From the NCBI RefSeq assembly GCF_964355755.1, contig NC_092675.1, positions 7,063,812-7,127,811 of the forward strand: a stretch of DNA of 64,000 bases, in the 5' to 3' direction. The notes beneath the pieces are model-generated. The model was given only the letters and a program-made list of their open reading frames with translations, made no database searches and was not told the DNA's origin. The DNA is from Antedon mediterranea (Eukaryota > Animalia > Echinodermata). Shown piece by piece: positions 17,018 through 30,100 of this stretch; position 1 is the first letter of the stretch; each line of letters opens with the position of its first letter. Both the position numbers and the translations under genes were made by a program.

Positions 17018-17899
17018 CTGAAATGATAAATCTATAGATTGTTGATTGCTATTATATATAATAATAATATTCACATTCTTTTAGTTTACTATTTTGCAAA
17101 GGGAAGAGACTATCAACATTGCTCAGCTGTTCAACTGATGGTAAACCAATGCAAGTCGATCTGAGGTATATTATTTATTTATTAAGAAGTAAAGTCTCCA
17201 GGCCGATAGAACATAATAGACGATTTTTGTGCTACGGAAGCCACCTTTCAGAGATGACAAACAGTTGTGACCAGCCAAGCGTAAACAAAAAAAAATTACA
17301 TAGAGTTTTCAGGGGATTTTCGGACACCATGTTAATGAACAAATTGTTGAAAAAGCAAAAAAATACTTGGCTGGTCATGACTGTGATCTCTGCAAGTTGA
17401 CAAGGTGCATGGCAGATATAGAGTAGACATATAGACATTTATTTTGTTATTTATATTATAGTTTGTGCACGTGGCTGTGTATTTTTCAATTATTTTAGCA
17501 AAAACTATCAGGGTCGAAATGAAAATGTTATCTGTACCTGTTTTTATTCGAGAAATAAATTTATTATTGATTGATTGAAAATTTAATTAATTTTATTATT
17601 TCTGTATTTTGCTAGTTGTTGTAGATCTGGGCCTATCTATACTTATTAGTAACTTAAGCAACATACTATATTAGTGGATAACCACATACCTATATTACTA
17701 GGCCAGAGAAGGAGGACAGGCCGAGAGGAAGAAAGGAGAGAGAGGAGGAAATGGTTCTACACTATAGGCCGCTAGTAGGTCCTACTTTACTATAGAGAGA
17801 GGCCTACCTACCTATTCTAACTAATAAAGTAAACTAGCCTAGGCCTTTTTAGTAAGTAATTTTGACTATTTCGCAAGAATTGCATTTTTCTTCTAAAGA

Positions 17900-18060
17900 G
17901 TGTGTACCTTATAAACGTTTGAAAAATAATTTTAAATGTACAAAAACAATTAAATAACAAAATTCACTTTTCTACTTTCCACGTCGGTGTTGTGGTATTT
18001 TACTTAACGCCCTCAACGTTTTGTTTACGATCTGACGCCCTCTAATTAACCATTAACATG
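17900..18060. promoter_or_regulatory. Probable bidirectional promoter shared by SLC35A3 and ATPAF1
   Basis: Head-to-head genes. Minus-strand donor AAG|GTACAC at 17907. Local CpGs, TGACG and a YY1-like ACATGGCGGC at the ATPAF1 ATG. Confidence 0.55.
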
Positions 18061-21000
18061 GCGGCCTCCTTGGCTGCAAAAATGTTTTCACGTCCTTTCA
18101 ACAAATGGCCAATTTCTATTACTCGAAGGCACATATCAGTTACAGCTTTTCGTTTTAATGAAAGTATTAAAGAAGAAGACCGTGAAAAACTTAGTAATAA
18201 TCCATATTTTGAAAAATACGCGGATAAAATTAAACAATTTCAAAGGTAGGTCAACAACGGACGAACTCGCAATTGGGACGAACCAACCACACGTAGTAGT
18301 AGCCCTATATAGGGTCTACGTATGTAGTATGACATCAATGGTTGTGGGCTTCTGTGTTGATTAACAGGGCCTAACTGAAATATAAAATGAAATATATGCC
18401 TAAGTCTTTACTGATTACGAAATTATATTTATATATAGGGCCTAGGCCTATAGGCTATATAAAAAGAAATACGAGGGGTTTTTTTTATAGTACAGAGAGA
18501 AGAATTGTCCATATATAGGCCTACTAGAGGGTACTACTATAGCATTTTAAAATATATTTAAAAATAGAGGTCGCTATTACTAAATCTAAGGATATTGTAA
18601 TTGTTTTTAGTACTAATTCAGAAGAATTTCACCAGAGAGTAAAATCAGTGGGTTCCACAAAACCAAAACCAATCGACAAGAAAGAGTTTAAACCAAGAGA
18701 AGCAGATGTTAAAGTAAATTATTATTTTTATTTTTCATTTGACTAACTATACTAACGCAATTACACTGTTCAGAAGTTTTATGGAGACCCACATGCCGAT
18801 GGTAATAAAATAATCAATATTCATTTTTGCAAACATTGATTTTGATGTACTTTCAATAGTCTATTTTGTTTTTAGGGTTTTTTTTATACTTTAAATATAT
18901 TGTTAAAGGACAACTTGACTGAGGACCATATTTTTACAATGTATTAGGGATGTACATATGATTTCAGAACAATCCTAGATGAAGGATATCGCTGCACACG
19001 TTGTACAGCCGTCGCCGTAAATTGCTGTGACGTCACAGGTGCATCGCAAAATCTACTTAATGAGTCCAGATAAGCAAAAGAAGCAATAAAAAAATCAACA
19101 TTTATATTTTTTACGATTTATTTACAAAGTGTGCACCTGTGATGTCACAGCAATGTAAATCCCTAATATGTTGTTAAAATATGGTCCTCAGTCAAGTCCT
19201 TTAATGCTATAAATAATAATTGTTTTCCTGTTTTATAGGCATTTAAGGAGAAAAAAGCTAGACTTTTACAATATACATCTCAAAAAATACCAGTAAGTCA
19301 GTTTATGCGGCCTATAAAAAGTTATACTATTGTTTTACATACGTTCAGATTGACTAGTCATCATGCTGAAATGTAAGAGTAATTTCTGTTTTTTTTTTCT
19401 TTTCCCTTTTTTTAGTCCTTAGACAGTGTAATGAAACTTGATCTCATCCAAGACAAATCTTCTGATGAAATTGGAAAGGTGACATATATATATATATTGT
19501 TTGAAGGTTTGCATGGCGAAATCAAATGTTGATATAAAGTTTGCGGTACACCACATATATTAGTTCTGAAAAGGAGGAGGACAATCAAGGCATATTGATC
19601 GAAACGTCAAGAAACTTTTTGAGAAACTTTTCAGAACCAATATACGTGGTGTGTACTGCAAACTTTATATGAACGTGAGATAAAAAGAAATAAATGTCAT
19701 ACAAACATATTGCGCTAAAAAAAAATAATAATCACTAAAAATCATCAAATTAAATAATTTAAATTACGGTAGCTCTACAATAATAATACAATGTATGGAA
19801 TGAAATTATGTTACATGCTAATTGTGCTTTATTTAAACTTTTAGATTTGGCGAGAATTTCATAATGACAAGGATTGTATCACTGCTGTAATCCCAGTATG
19901 TATTTTTATTTTCTTAAAATATTTTGTTCAAAACAAAAGCAAAATCTTATTTTCTTTTACCTTTACTAAATAATACCCACAGATGGTATCTTTGAAGACC
20001 TCTATGCGACCAGAACATGTTTGGCTGTTTGAAGGGCCTAAAACGTTGACTAACATAGCCCCAACCATGGAGGAAATCCACACTTTGGTGCCCCAGTGTG
20101 TAAAAATCAGCCCCATGGTTTAGGAGGAGATGTAAAAGGTTCTGCACTTTAGCTATTTTATAATGTACATCTTCTTTTATTTTCAGGCTGATGTTTTTCA
20201 TGAAATACAAACTAAATCTGCAACTTATCCCACAGTAAGTTGTAATAAATTAAACTTGCAATACATATTCCATCACACAGTAATTTCTATAAATGTTTTA
20301 GAATGTCTTTACTGTACTGTAATAAATGACTTTTATGTTTACTCTGATGTACACAAATTATTTATAATATAAACAAGAAAGATTATCATGCTTGAATGAG
20401 CAAAAACGTGTTTACAAACTGTTTTAAGAATGAATTGTACCAGCAGTGTAAATGTAAATGTACTGTGAAGTGTACTCTTTTGTACACAAATTATTTATAC
20501 TATAATATAGTATAAATATCCCCCTCCCCTCCCTTCCCCCCACAACAAAAACTGTAGTGTAAAAGTATAGGTTTAACGAATATTAAATTTGTTTTTTTAA
20601 TCTATATAATGTATACATTAAATTATTACAGACAATGAAATAGTATTTTCATATACTTTTCATTTGTTTTACACTTTCTCTTCTTATCATAGACACAGTA
20701 TGTCCCTCACCCCCCACAAAATAATATTAATAATATTCAGCCAGTAGTGTTTTGCCACTATACTGCAATATCTATTTCTTATTTTCAGTTCTTGTATCCT
20801 CTACCTCGAGGCGATGGCTTTGAATTTTATCTGGGTCAATTTGATGGAAACAATTGTCATCTAACCACACTCATAAACTATCAGGTATATTTAGTATTTT
20901 ATACTCAAATACCGGTTTTCTTTTGTAAAAATTCTGCAACAACAACTGACATATCAGCTGACATATACATAACGAGATGGAGCGAAGGAAAGCAGAATTG

Positions 21001-23069
21001 TTGCACCATTATATCATGAGACACATCCGGGATGTAATAATGAATCTGTGCTGGCCGCTCCTTACAGCTATCCTTTGTGATATAGCACCAGGGTAGGCCC
21101 CTACTCTCTTTGAAATATGTACTGAATTCACAAGCCAGATGTGTACACTGGACCTCCAGTTGAAGTCCTTATCCAAAAAGACTTGTTCTACCACCAGAAT
21201 TGTGCTCAAAGAGTGCCTTGAACCTGTTGCTGTTAATGTGGCTGTTGTTTACATTGTCCTGCCTTAAATTAAAATTTTACAAACTTATTAATTTAACTTA
21301 AAGGCCAGGTGCGGGCAAACAATTTCTATTGATCATACATTCCAACAATTATAGGTCTATAGTTTCCCATATGTTTCATAATTTTTAGGATTTTATTCTT
21401 GTTACACAAGCTTGTTGAAAATCAAGCACTTCCTTATCAGTGAGGGGATAGTTCAAATGACACAATAAAATATCTATTCTTTTGTACACAAATGTTGTAA
21501 ATAGAGAGCATTTTTAAAAAACTATGAAAAATAAAAGGTAATATAACTTGAATGTTACGTTTCTAGTATTTTTATTCAACTTCAGAGTTGTATTTTCATG
21601 TTATAGCAAAAAGTATCCACCATCTTTTTTCACCTTCTAGGGAGTCACCAGACATGTCATTACATTAGGTTAAACTACCTAACTACTAAAAAAAAATCTT
21701 TCTGGTTTTTATAGCAGAATTTTTCCAAATTGTGTATTTTATCATTTTAAGGGAAATTCATGTATTTTTAGTCGCTTGCAACGCAACTCTACAGCTCACT
21801 ATGTCGGTCGGTTGGCTGGTCAGTAAACACTAACTTGAGCTCGCGACTGCAGCCATGTAATGGCCTTGTTTGTCTTGATTTCTATTACAAATATTAACCA
21901 GATATGTTTATAATTCATGCCTGTACCTGTGTTGATAGCCGAGTGGTTAGGACACTTGACTGTCATACAGATAGACCCGGGTTCAATTCCCGACAACTGC
22001 CAGTCCACTCAGCTGTAAATGAGTACCTGGTTGAAAATACTAGGGAGAAAAAAGGCGGCGTGGAAAGGAACTGGCCACCCTACCACATAATGCCGAGGCT
22101 TAGTACAATGAGCTCCTAACAGCTCATTCCCCTACGTTCAGAGAACACGGGACTCACCTTTACCTTACCTTACCTGTGCTTTAATAACAGAATAAACCAA
22201 GTTTGTCATCATTTACTCCTTCCTAATAAAGTACCACTGATGTTGCTTTTTGTTTTATATTTTTAAGGCTTTTCAAGAAAATGCTCCTATTACTCTGTCA
22301 ATGATCCATTATGTGGAAATTATGGAATCTAAAGGTAGAATTTTAATTTTAATTATGGTCGTTTTTTTAACTATGTAAAGTTTAAGAATGTTTTTTAAAA
22401 ATGATATGATTTTTGTTTGCAGGTATTGTACTTATGAAAGGTGAATTTGATACCAAAGCTCTTGTAAGTTTTTTTTTAATGATTTTTATGAATGTAACGT
22501 ATGAATTATATACAATTTTATATTTTAAGTCTAGAAAATGAATATTTCTTTACACTGGAAATATTTTGTTTATATGAATTACTGAACTCTATTCAATAAA
22601 TATATGCAGTTACTACCCATATACAAATTTATATTTTAAATCTAGAAAATGAAGATTAAAATATTTCTTTGCACTGGAAATATTTTGTTTATATGAATTA
22701 ATGAAATCTATTCAATAAATATATGCAGTTACTACCCATATACAATGTTACATTTTAAATCTAGAAAATGAAGATTAAATATATATCTCTTTGCACTGGA
22801 AATATTTTGTTTATATGATTTTTACATGTTTACACTTTTTTAACGTAGTATTTTTTCTTTCTTATTAGGGTGTTTCCGAGGCACAGTTCTTAGCCAATCA
22901 GATGCAACTTTACTATGCTCATCATGACAAAGAGCGATTTGCTTTGCTTAAGAATTTCAACACTCAACCTCAAAACTTTAAACATATGGATGTAATTGCG
23001 CAGTTAAATAGAGGAATTGAAATTAAATCACAAGAAGAGGATGATATAGAAAAGAAATCAAAAGAATAA
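18058..23069 (+). CDS. ATPAF1: ATP synthase mitochondrial F1 complex assembly factor 1 (ATP11). Exons 18058-18245, 18611-18713, 19239-19292, 19416-19478, 19845-19895, 20187-20234, 20789-20884, 22268-22334, 22423-22463, 22869-23069
   Basis: Arg/Ser-rich mitochondrial presequence; [61 protein letters not shown]. All phases are compatible. Confidence 0.92.
18907..19200. mobile_element. Kolobok-like MITE
   Basis: TTAA|AGGACAACTTGACTGAGGACCATATTT...AAATATGGTCCTCAGTCAAGTCCT|TTAA: TTAA target duplication with AGG..CCT ends. Confidence 0.75.
19532..19670. repeat. Short inverted-repeat element
   Basis: atataaagtttgcggtacaccacatatattagttctgaaaag pairs with cttttcagaaccaatatacgtggtgtgtactgcaaactttatat. 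Confidence 0.7.
21766..21872 (-). mobile_element. Short Helentron-associated (HINE/DINE-like) element
   Basis: Reverse complement matches both ends of the 49588-50355 element (aaacaaggcc...gaccgacatagtg...agcgactaaaa). Confidence 0.6.
21933..22174 (+). mobile_element. tRNA-derived SINE (MetaSINE-like core)
   Basis: gatagccgagtggttagg A box, gggttcaattccc B box, ccactcagctgtaaatgagtacctg core, (ACCTT)n tail. Confidence 0.75.
22510..22820. repeat. ~120-bp tandem repeat, about 2.5 copies
   Basis: tctagaaaatgaa...cactggaaatattttgtttatatg recurs at about 22530, 22641 and 22761. Confidence 0.8.
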
Positions 23070-25443
23070 CAAACTTTAGTAAAATTCACTCAAACTTTTG
23101 TTTGCAAACTCAAGCAAACTCTTTACCAAGAAAAGTTTTTGAGTTGACAAACTTTGGCAAACTACAGAAAACTAGATAGTTAGGCCATATACTTTTTGAC
23201 ATATGTTTGCTGAGATTTCGTTAAGTGAATCAAATAATATGCTCTGTAGTCCGTGATCACCCTACAGATCGACAAAATGACTCTTGGAAAATTGTTAGTT
23301 AGATAGCCTTGCTTATAAACTATGCTTGAGTAATTTACACATTATACATGATCCGATTGGGTACTACTGTTATCTCTAACTAATCAGTTCAGTTTTATTT
23401 CACACAACATATTATATATACATTTGTAGTTAAAAATATTAAATAATAATACATTTGATTGTGTGTGGAGACTGATTTCAATAAGCCACAATAATTCAAA
23501 ATTTACAATTTGGTTGACCCTAAAGTGTCAGAATGTGTTTTACATAACAAGGATTCTCATCTCTTATACAGCCAGATGAAAATGGTTAGGACATTTGAAT
23601 ACCAAGCAGAAGGTCCAGGTTCGAATCTTGGTTGGGCCGATTTTTTCTCATTCTCACAGATTTCCTCATCTTATTGTTTCAATTAAATTTCAATTAATTA
23701 AATTTCAGTATAATCACCGGGTGGTTTAGAATTATATATATATATTCAATAAGCTTTTTTATTTGTAAAAGTTTTAACTCTGAAATTAGACTGCAATACT
23801 GGAATGAATTTCATATAGGAGTATGAATACAGTAGTTGTATACTTTAATTGGTCCGCTGTTCGTGTTGAATATGCAGTAAGACATATTGCATATTGCTAT
23901 AAAAATCATTATGATAAACAGTGGTTTGCTAAAAATAAAATAATATAAAGTTTACTTCTAGGTGTAGTTAAAAAAACAATACAAAACGAGCTTCTTGTTA
24001 TTATAAAGACAATGGTTTTGCTTCTCAAATAAACAAGGTTTACGATTTACAAAGCGTCTAACAAAAATCCTGAACAGATATAAAAAAAAAACCCATCCAT
24101 TCTATTGGCATTAACCGACATACAAATTAACGTTGAGAAGGGAAGTAAGTTTAATTCACTTCCTCTATGGTTTGAATGAGTACCTTTAAAGAAGAATATA
24201 TTTTTTAAATGTCTTTTTTTTTAGGCCATTCATATAATATTTATCCACAAACCAAAAATTGGATCGGAAAAAAATGTATTTACCTGAAAAAAAAAAAAAA
24301 AAAAGCAAAGCAAGCAAAAAGGAATTTAATGGATTAGTTGAATTTTATTTATTTTGTCTTTTTATAAGTGAAAACATTACTACTAGTGATTTATTTTGCT
24401 GCTAAATGGCTACGATCATTCAAAGTCTTCTTTTAAAATTAATCTTCATTAATGTTTTTGGAGAACAATACATCTTTAACCGTGGATTGTATCAATAATC
24501 TAAACGATAGAGGAATTCTTCATCATTATCAACGAACGTAGTAGACAGGCAGTTTGCTGGTATTGGAATCTGAGAAACTCGAACCAGAAAACTCAGTTTT
24601 CAGTTTTCAAGCGCTAGAAAACCCAAGATATCTGAGTTTTCTAGATAAGTAAATTTCTAGACACATTAGAAATTCTCCGGTTCACGTACGTGACACTATT
24701 AAGGCGGTTAAGAGCAATTTCTAGGTATAAAAGTTCGGTTAGAAACGGGGAAATCCCCAGAAGACACTCTTTTTAAGGGGACACATGTTGGTATCACGTT
24801 ACTTGAGATATTACAGCATTTCCTATATCATAAAGGATCGGTGACTTGTGATCTATATTCCTATGACGAACAACCTTCAATTTAATATTATTTTCCGTTT
24901 TTTATAAACGAATATCACAGAATTAATAATAAGGCAGGCCTATTGTTGAATAAGACACAAAACCAAACGTAGGCCCACTGTATTGTCTTCTTACACATTA
25001 CTGCATGTGAGTACTGTACTATTTGGTTGACGTGAATCATATAGGCCTAGTAAGGCTATTTTTAAAATCTAATAATTAGGCCAAAATAAAGTTATTTTTG
25101 TTAGTAGAGGAACAATGGGTTTGGATATAATTATGTGTTTGTGTGTTATATTGACAGTCGAGTTTATGAGTATTTATTCGAACGTCACATGCCAAGTAAC
25201 TCAAAAAGTCTTGATCGATAGCCTACTTTTTTTGTAATAAATCATTTTTTCTTAAATTAATTAAATCAATAAAAGCTGAAGAAAGAACAATGCCTTTAAA
25301 CTGTTACGTCAAAAAGTTTGTAAAAGTTTATTATAATAATTATATAGTACTGAAAATAGGCCTATATGGGGCCTATATACACATAATAATAGTTTTCAAA
25401 TTGAAATACTGCATGTACTAGTATAGTTTACTGCGTTAATTTT

Positions 25444-25681
25444 GTGGGGGCGTGAATGAGGTGTGTCATTTTTGACCAATCAGAAACGTTTAAATTGGTG
25501 ACATCCGTTACGTTTGTGTACGTGAAACACAACCAGACATTTTTGGTATGACGCAATATCATGACTTGACCCTGTTTTACAAAAACAACACGAACACGAT
25601 TCAAGAAGCAAGGACGACGACTGTTTCGACTTTATACGAAGAACGTTTTCGTACTACCTACAGTATTATAGCTTATTATTC
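25444..25681 (+). promoter_or_regulatory. Probable promoter and non-coding first exon of the threonine ammonia-lyase gene
   Basis: CpG-rich patch with GC box (ggggcgtg), CCAAT (ccaatcag, attggt) and ATGACGCAAT at 25548-25557. Donor GTAAGT at 25682; matching acceptor tttcag just before 27096. Confidence 0.55.
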
Positions 25682-27114
25682 GTAAGTTAGATTATATTTT
25701 ATTTGACAATAATGCTATGTGGTGAGTGCAGTTTGTTGGTTTCCACAAAATATACATAATACGTCATTGTTAATATGATTGATTGCTGTTATTTAGTTTT
25801 AGGCTGGACTACCGCTACCGCCTGGTGGCCCAGCCTAGCTAGGCTAGCTATCCTAGGCCTTCCACTAGAACTAGAGGCCTAGCTAGGCTAGGAAGCAAGC
25901 ATGATCGCGATTTATTATCTTATTGACGTAGCTCAAAAAGCAGGTCGGGACCGGTCCACTATCCACGGATAGAAGGCCTAGGCCTAGCCTTAATTAATAA
26001 TACATTAACTTTTTAAACTTGTTGGTATGTAAGGTTTGTCATGGTTTACTCCCTGGTTTGGGGTTGGTTGAAGGCATATGCATCTTGCATTCATTTATAT
26101 AAAATAATGTGCTTTTTTATTAACATAACTAATATTTTACTGTTTACAACATACTTTCACTATTTTACCAAAATGAAAAATGGTGCCCTAATCTGATCAG
26201 AAAACAAGATAAATTTGTAACTGTGTAAGCCTCATTTTATTAGTTACCAAGATTTTGATGCAATAAAATTGGTAGGTCTACAAATAAATCTAGATCCTTT
26301 CTTTTGTTGATTCTGTGCATTTTAACCTTCATGCATGAATAGTTACATTCAACAACAATGCAAACTATACACTTGGCATTGACATTAAAATCTATTAATA
26401 TTTAATCAGGAGAATTTGAGATTTAATGGCTAATACAATGGCTTAGTGTGGGTGATTCGAGTTCATTATCCTGGTAAAACGTCAAGGATTTGAAATTAAG
26501 ACTTTAACCTAAGTAAAGTCTTGGGACCATTAGTTTTAGTTTGTGTAAAATAGAAAATAAGACTCAGGTATTCAGTGGGTCCTAGCAGAGTGGTAGCTTT
26601 GGTAGTTGTCCTAAGTAACCCTTCTGACAGATGCATTTAGTTTATTGATTGATTTCCACAGATTATAATGATATGTTATTGTTAGCGCTCCCTCTTAAAA
26701 AAAAAAACCTGAATAGCTAGAACCCATATAATTATTTTGTTTTTGTAATGGTTCTATAAATGTTTAAGAATGAAGTGATGCATGATAACCAAGACCATAG
26801 CCAGAGAGGTTTGTTTTTCCATAAAGATGTACAAATTGTCATCACCTAGATTTAGTAGGCCTATAATTTTCTGTGCTGGTTTCTAGTTTTAAAACGTCAA
26901 TCTTAGAAGAAGGGGATTCGTTGTTAAAGTCTTCAAAATCCCTTTGCTACAGGTTTGGTATGTAACCCATTAAATTGAAGTTTTAAATTTATCAATCATA
27001 ATACATATTTCAAATTTTGTTTATGATATTAATTGTTTTAAACATTTTATTGTAAAGACTCTTTTCACTTTTCTGATGATCGTTTCTCTTTTCAGATTAG
27101 AAATTTAGGAAAAT

Positions 27115-30100
27115 ATGACTTCTACAATTTGCACGACAAATGGAATCGAAGATAAAGTCCAAAAATTGGTTATTGAAGATTGTTCTCAGAATGGGAACAC
27201 AAATCACAATGATACTGAAATAGAAGACATGAAGGATGGCGATCTAAAAGACGAGTTGTGTGACCCTGATAATCCTATCTGCGTAAAGTTCCAGGATGTT
27301 AGTGCGGCTGCGTATAAGATCAAAAGTGGAATACAGAGAACTCCTTGTCAGGTTAGCATTTAGAAAATATGTTTGGTACATTCTGTGTGAGGAATATTTA
27401 GGAATAGCCGCTCCATAATCTCTTTGCTTTTCTTCTTTATATCTATATTTTAATATTATGAAATTTATACTAACAAATATCATTTTTATTAATGATATAA
27501 TCATAACAATAATTTAAAATATGTATAAAATAATATGGATTAATCAAAACTACATGGATTAACCAATTTATCGCATGACAGCCTATTTGATATACAAGAT
27601 CATTACATCCAACTACTATCCTTATCCTTATCTATAATAATATGCACAACATCATTTCAATATAGACCTTGACACATATCTACACTAATGTAATCAAACA
27701 CTGTATACAGTACTCTCTCTAACCAGTATTTCAATCTTCTTTCGACTAAAGCCGAAGTATAGTCATTATCTCGGGACCATTCTACAGTCACCACCAGGTA
27801 GACTTACTTCATCAAGGCTTCAAAGAATAGATGACTGGTTGGGAGCAGGAATGCTAGTAGACCAAACCCAGTACCGTTTTTGATTACGCTCATTTTGGAA
27901 ATTACCTCACGATGATATATTGTTTATTTTGGCAATTTCACAGTCTGAAAACTGGTGTGCTCAGAAATTATGGCTGCTATCTCATCTATATCATTTGGGA
28001 AAAAGAAAAATTACCTTTGACAAGCAATTAATATTAGGGATGTCTTTAGGGACCATGTCAAAATAATCCTACTTCAATTACTGCAGTAATCACTGTTTAT
28101 TCAATTTTTTAGCACATTTTGGCTAATCATGCCAAGGCCTTACACCTCTACTTGAAACAGACTAAATCATTGCACTAAGTTGATTGCATTAACTTAAGTG
28201 TAGCTACTGCAGTAACTGCAGCAGAATTCTTTAGATATGATTCCTTTGGCGTTGATAATGTACACTAACATTGAAATATATACTATTTTGAGAACTCAAA
28301 TGTTAAATAAGCAAAAGACAAGGAGGAAGAAACTGTGAAAATTTCAATATTTATTCATTGTTTAATTAAAAACATTTTTCACTCTCAGAAATCACACATG
28401 TCTGCACTGACAGGGATGGAGATATATTTCAAGAAAGAATTTTTACAATTTACAGGAAGGTAAGAATTCTGTACCTGAACCAAAGTTGATTAATAGAACA
28501 GCTTTTTTATCATTTTAAATCTGAAATAAAAAAATGGAATATTTTGATGTAGGATGATGGACCATTGAGACCTAATAAAAACATCCTGATTTAGGCCTCA
28601 TTAAAAAGCACATAGAATTCTTCAACCACTTTGTTTTTGTTTCCTTATTTCAACATTAAGTTTTTATAACATGTAGAACCCCTTTTTAGAAATACCCATA
28701 TTCAGGGTGATAATGATGGGACAGACAGAGAAGAAACCTTACAGAAAAAGGGTACAAGGAAAATGTTAGTAACAAGCATGTATCAATTCATTGCATGAGT
28801 TAAAGCCTTTAGGGCAAAAATTGGATGAGAAAAATGCTTTATATAGTGTAATTATTTTCAATTCATTTGTTAACAGCTTTAAAGAAAGGGGAGCAAGAAA
28901 CACACTTCTTATGCTAAATAAGGTAATGTTATATCAGATGAACAGATGTTTTATTGTCAATTGTTTTAATTTGATGCCAATGTTACTGTCATAGTAATTT
29001 GTGATTATTGAATAATTAGGAAAATTCATTTTTAAAAATCCAGTATTTATATTTGTTTTTAAATGAATAAGAAATTTGACTTTAAATTAATTCAGGCCGC
29101 TTAATTTGATTAAACATTTGAATTAGAATAAATAATGTATAAGGGACCATGTCAAAATTATTCTAATGCAGTAACTATAACTATTTGTTTTCTCTGTAAC
29201 CTGTAAAACTAAAAAAACTTTTTTGTGTAATGTTCCAGTGACTGCCTTGATAACTTCTACATTAAAACGAACTAAAAAGTCATATACTTTTGCAGTAAAA
29301 AATATGTAGTTACTGCAATAACTGCAGTAGAAACATTTTGACATGGTCCATAATGCTCTGTCTACACTATCAAACTTTATGTGACAAAAAGTGTGATGTG
29401 CCCATATATGGACATGATGATGTCATATCACCACCCTATTTAGGAACATCACAATTTTTGTCAAACTAGTTTGATAGCGGAGACAGAGCTTAATGGTACT
29501 GACCAAGAAATAATACAAATATGTAATGCATTGATTCTGTATGCTGTTGTTTGTTTTATTTTTGTATTTTGTTCCTTCCATTATTATTATAATTTTTCTT
29601 TTTTGATTGCTTTTTAATTGCTAAATGAAATAAATTTTTACTTTAGGCCCAGAAAAAGAAAGGCGTAATAGCAGCATCAGCTGGAAACCATGCGTTAGCA
29701 CTTTCTTATCATGGCAAGGATCTTGGCATCCCGGTAACGGTTGTCATGCCGATTGTTGCACCAATCATGAAAGTCAGTCTATGTAGGCAGCAACAAGCGA
29801 ATGTAATAATACACGGAGCTGATATTGGTGAGGTACGTATGATAGTTGAGAAAAGTTTCTACATAAATACATAATCCTAATAATATTTACCAACAATAAC
29901 CTTCGAAGTAGTAGCGTAATACATCGCATAGTTTTCTCGTCTAATGTTGGCAGAGAAGAGGAATTTCTACTACTGAAATGAATTCTTATAACCACTATCA
30001 CACACTTATTTTGGTGAAGTATTTCTTTTTAACATTTACTTAATTCGTCTTATCGTCAGTTCGTTGTTCATTCTTAACCGAACCCTTTCTTTATTTCTCC

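Noticed and set aside
23565-23640. tRNA-like sequences here and at 5500, 16417, 21933 and 46322
   Set aside because: Only A/B-box heads with no complete cloverleaf, followed by SINE bodies. These are not tRNA genes.
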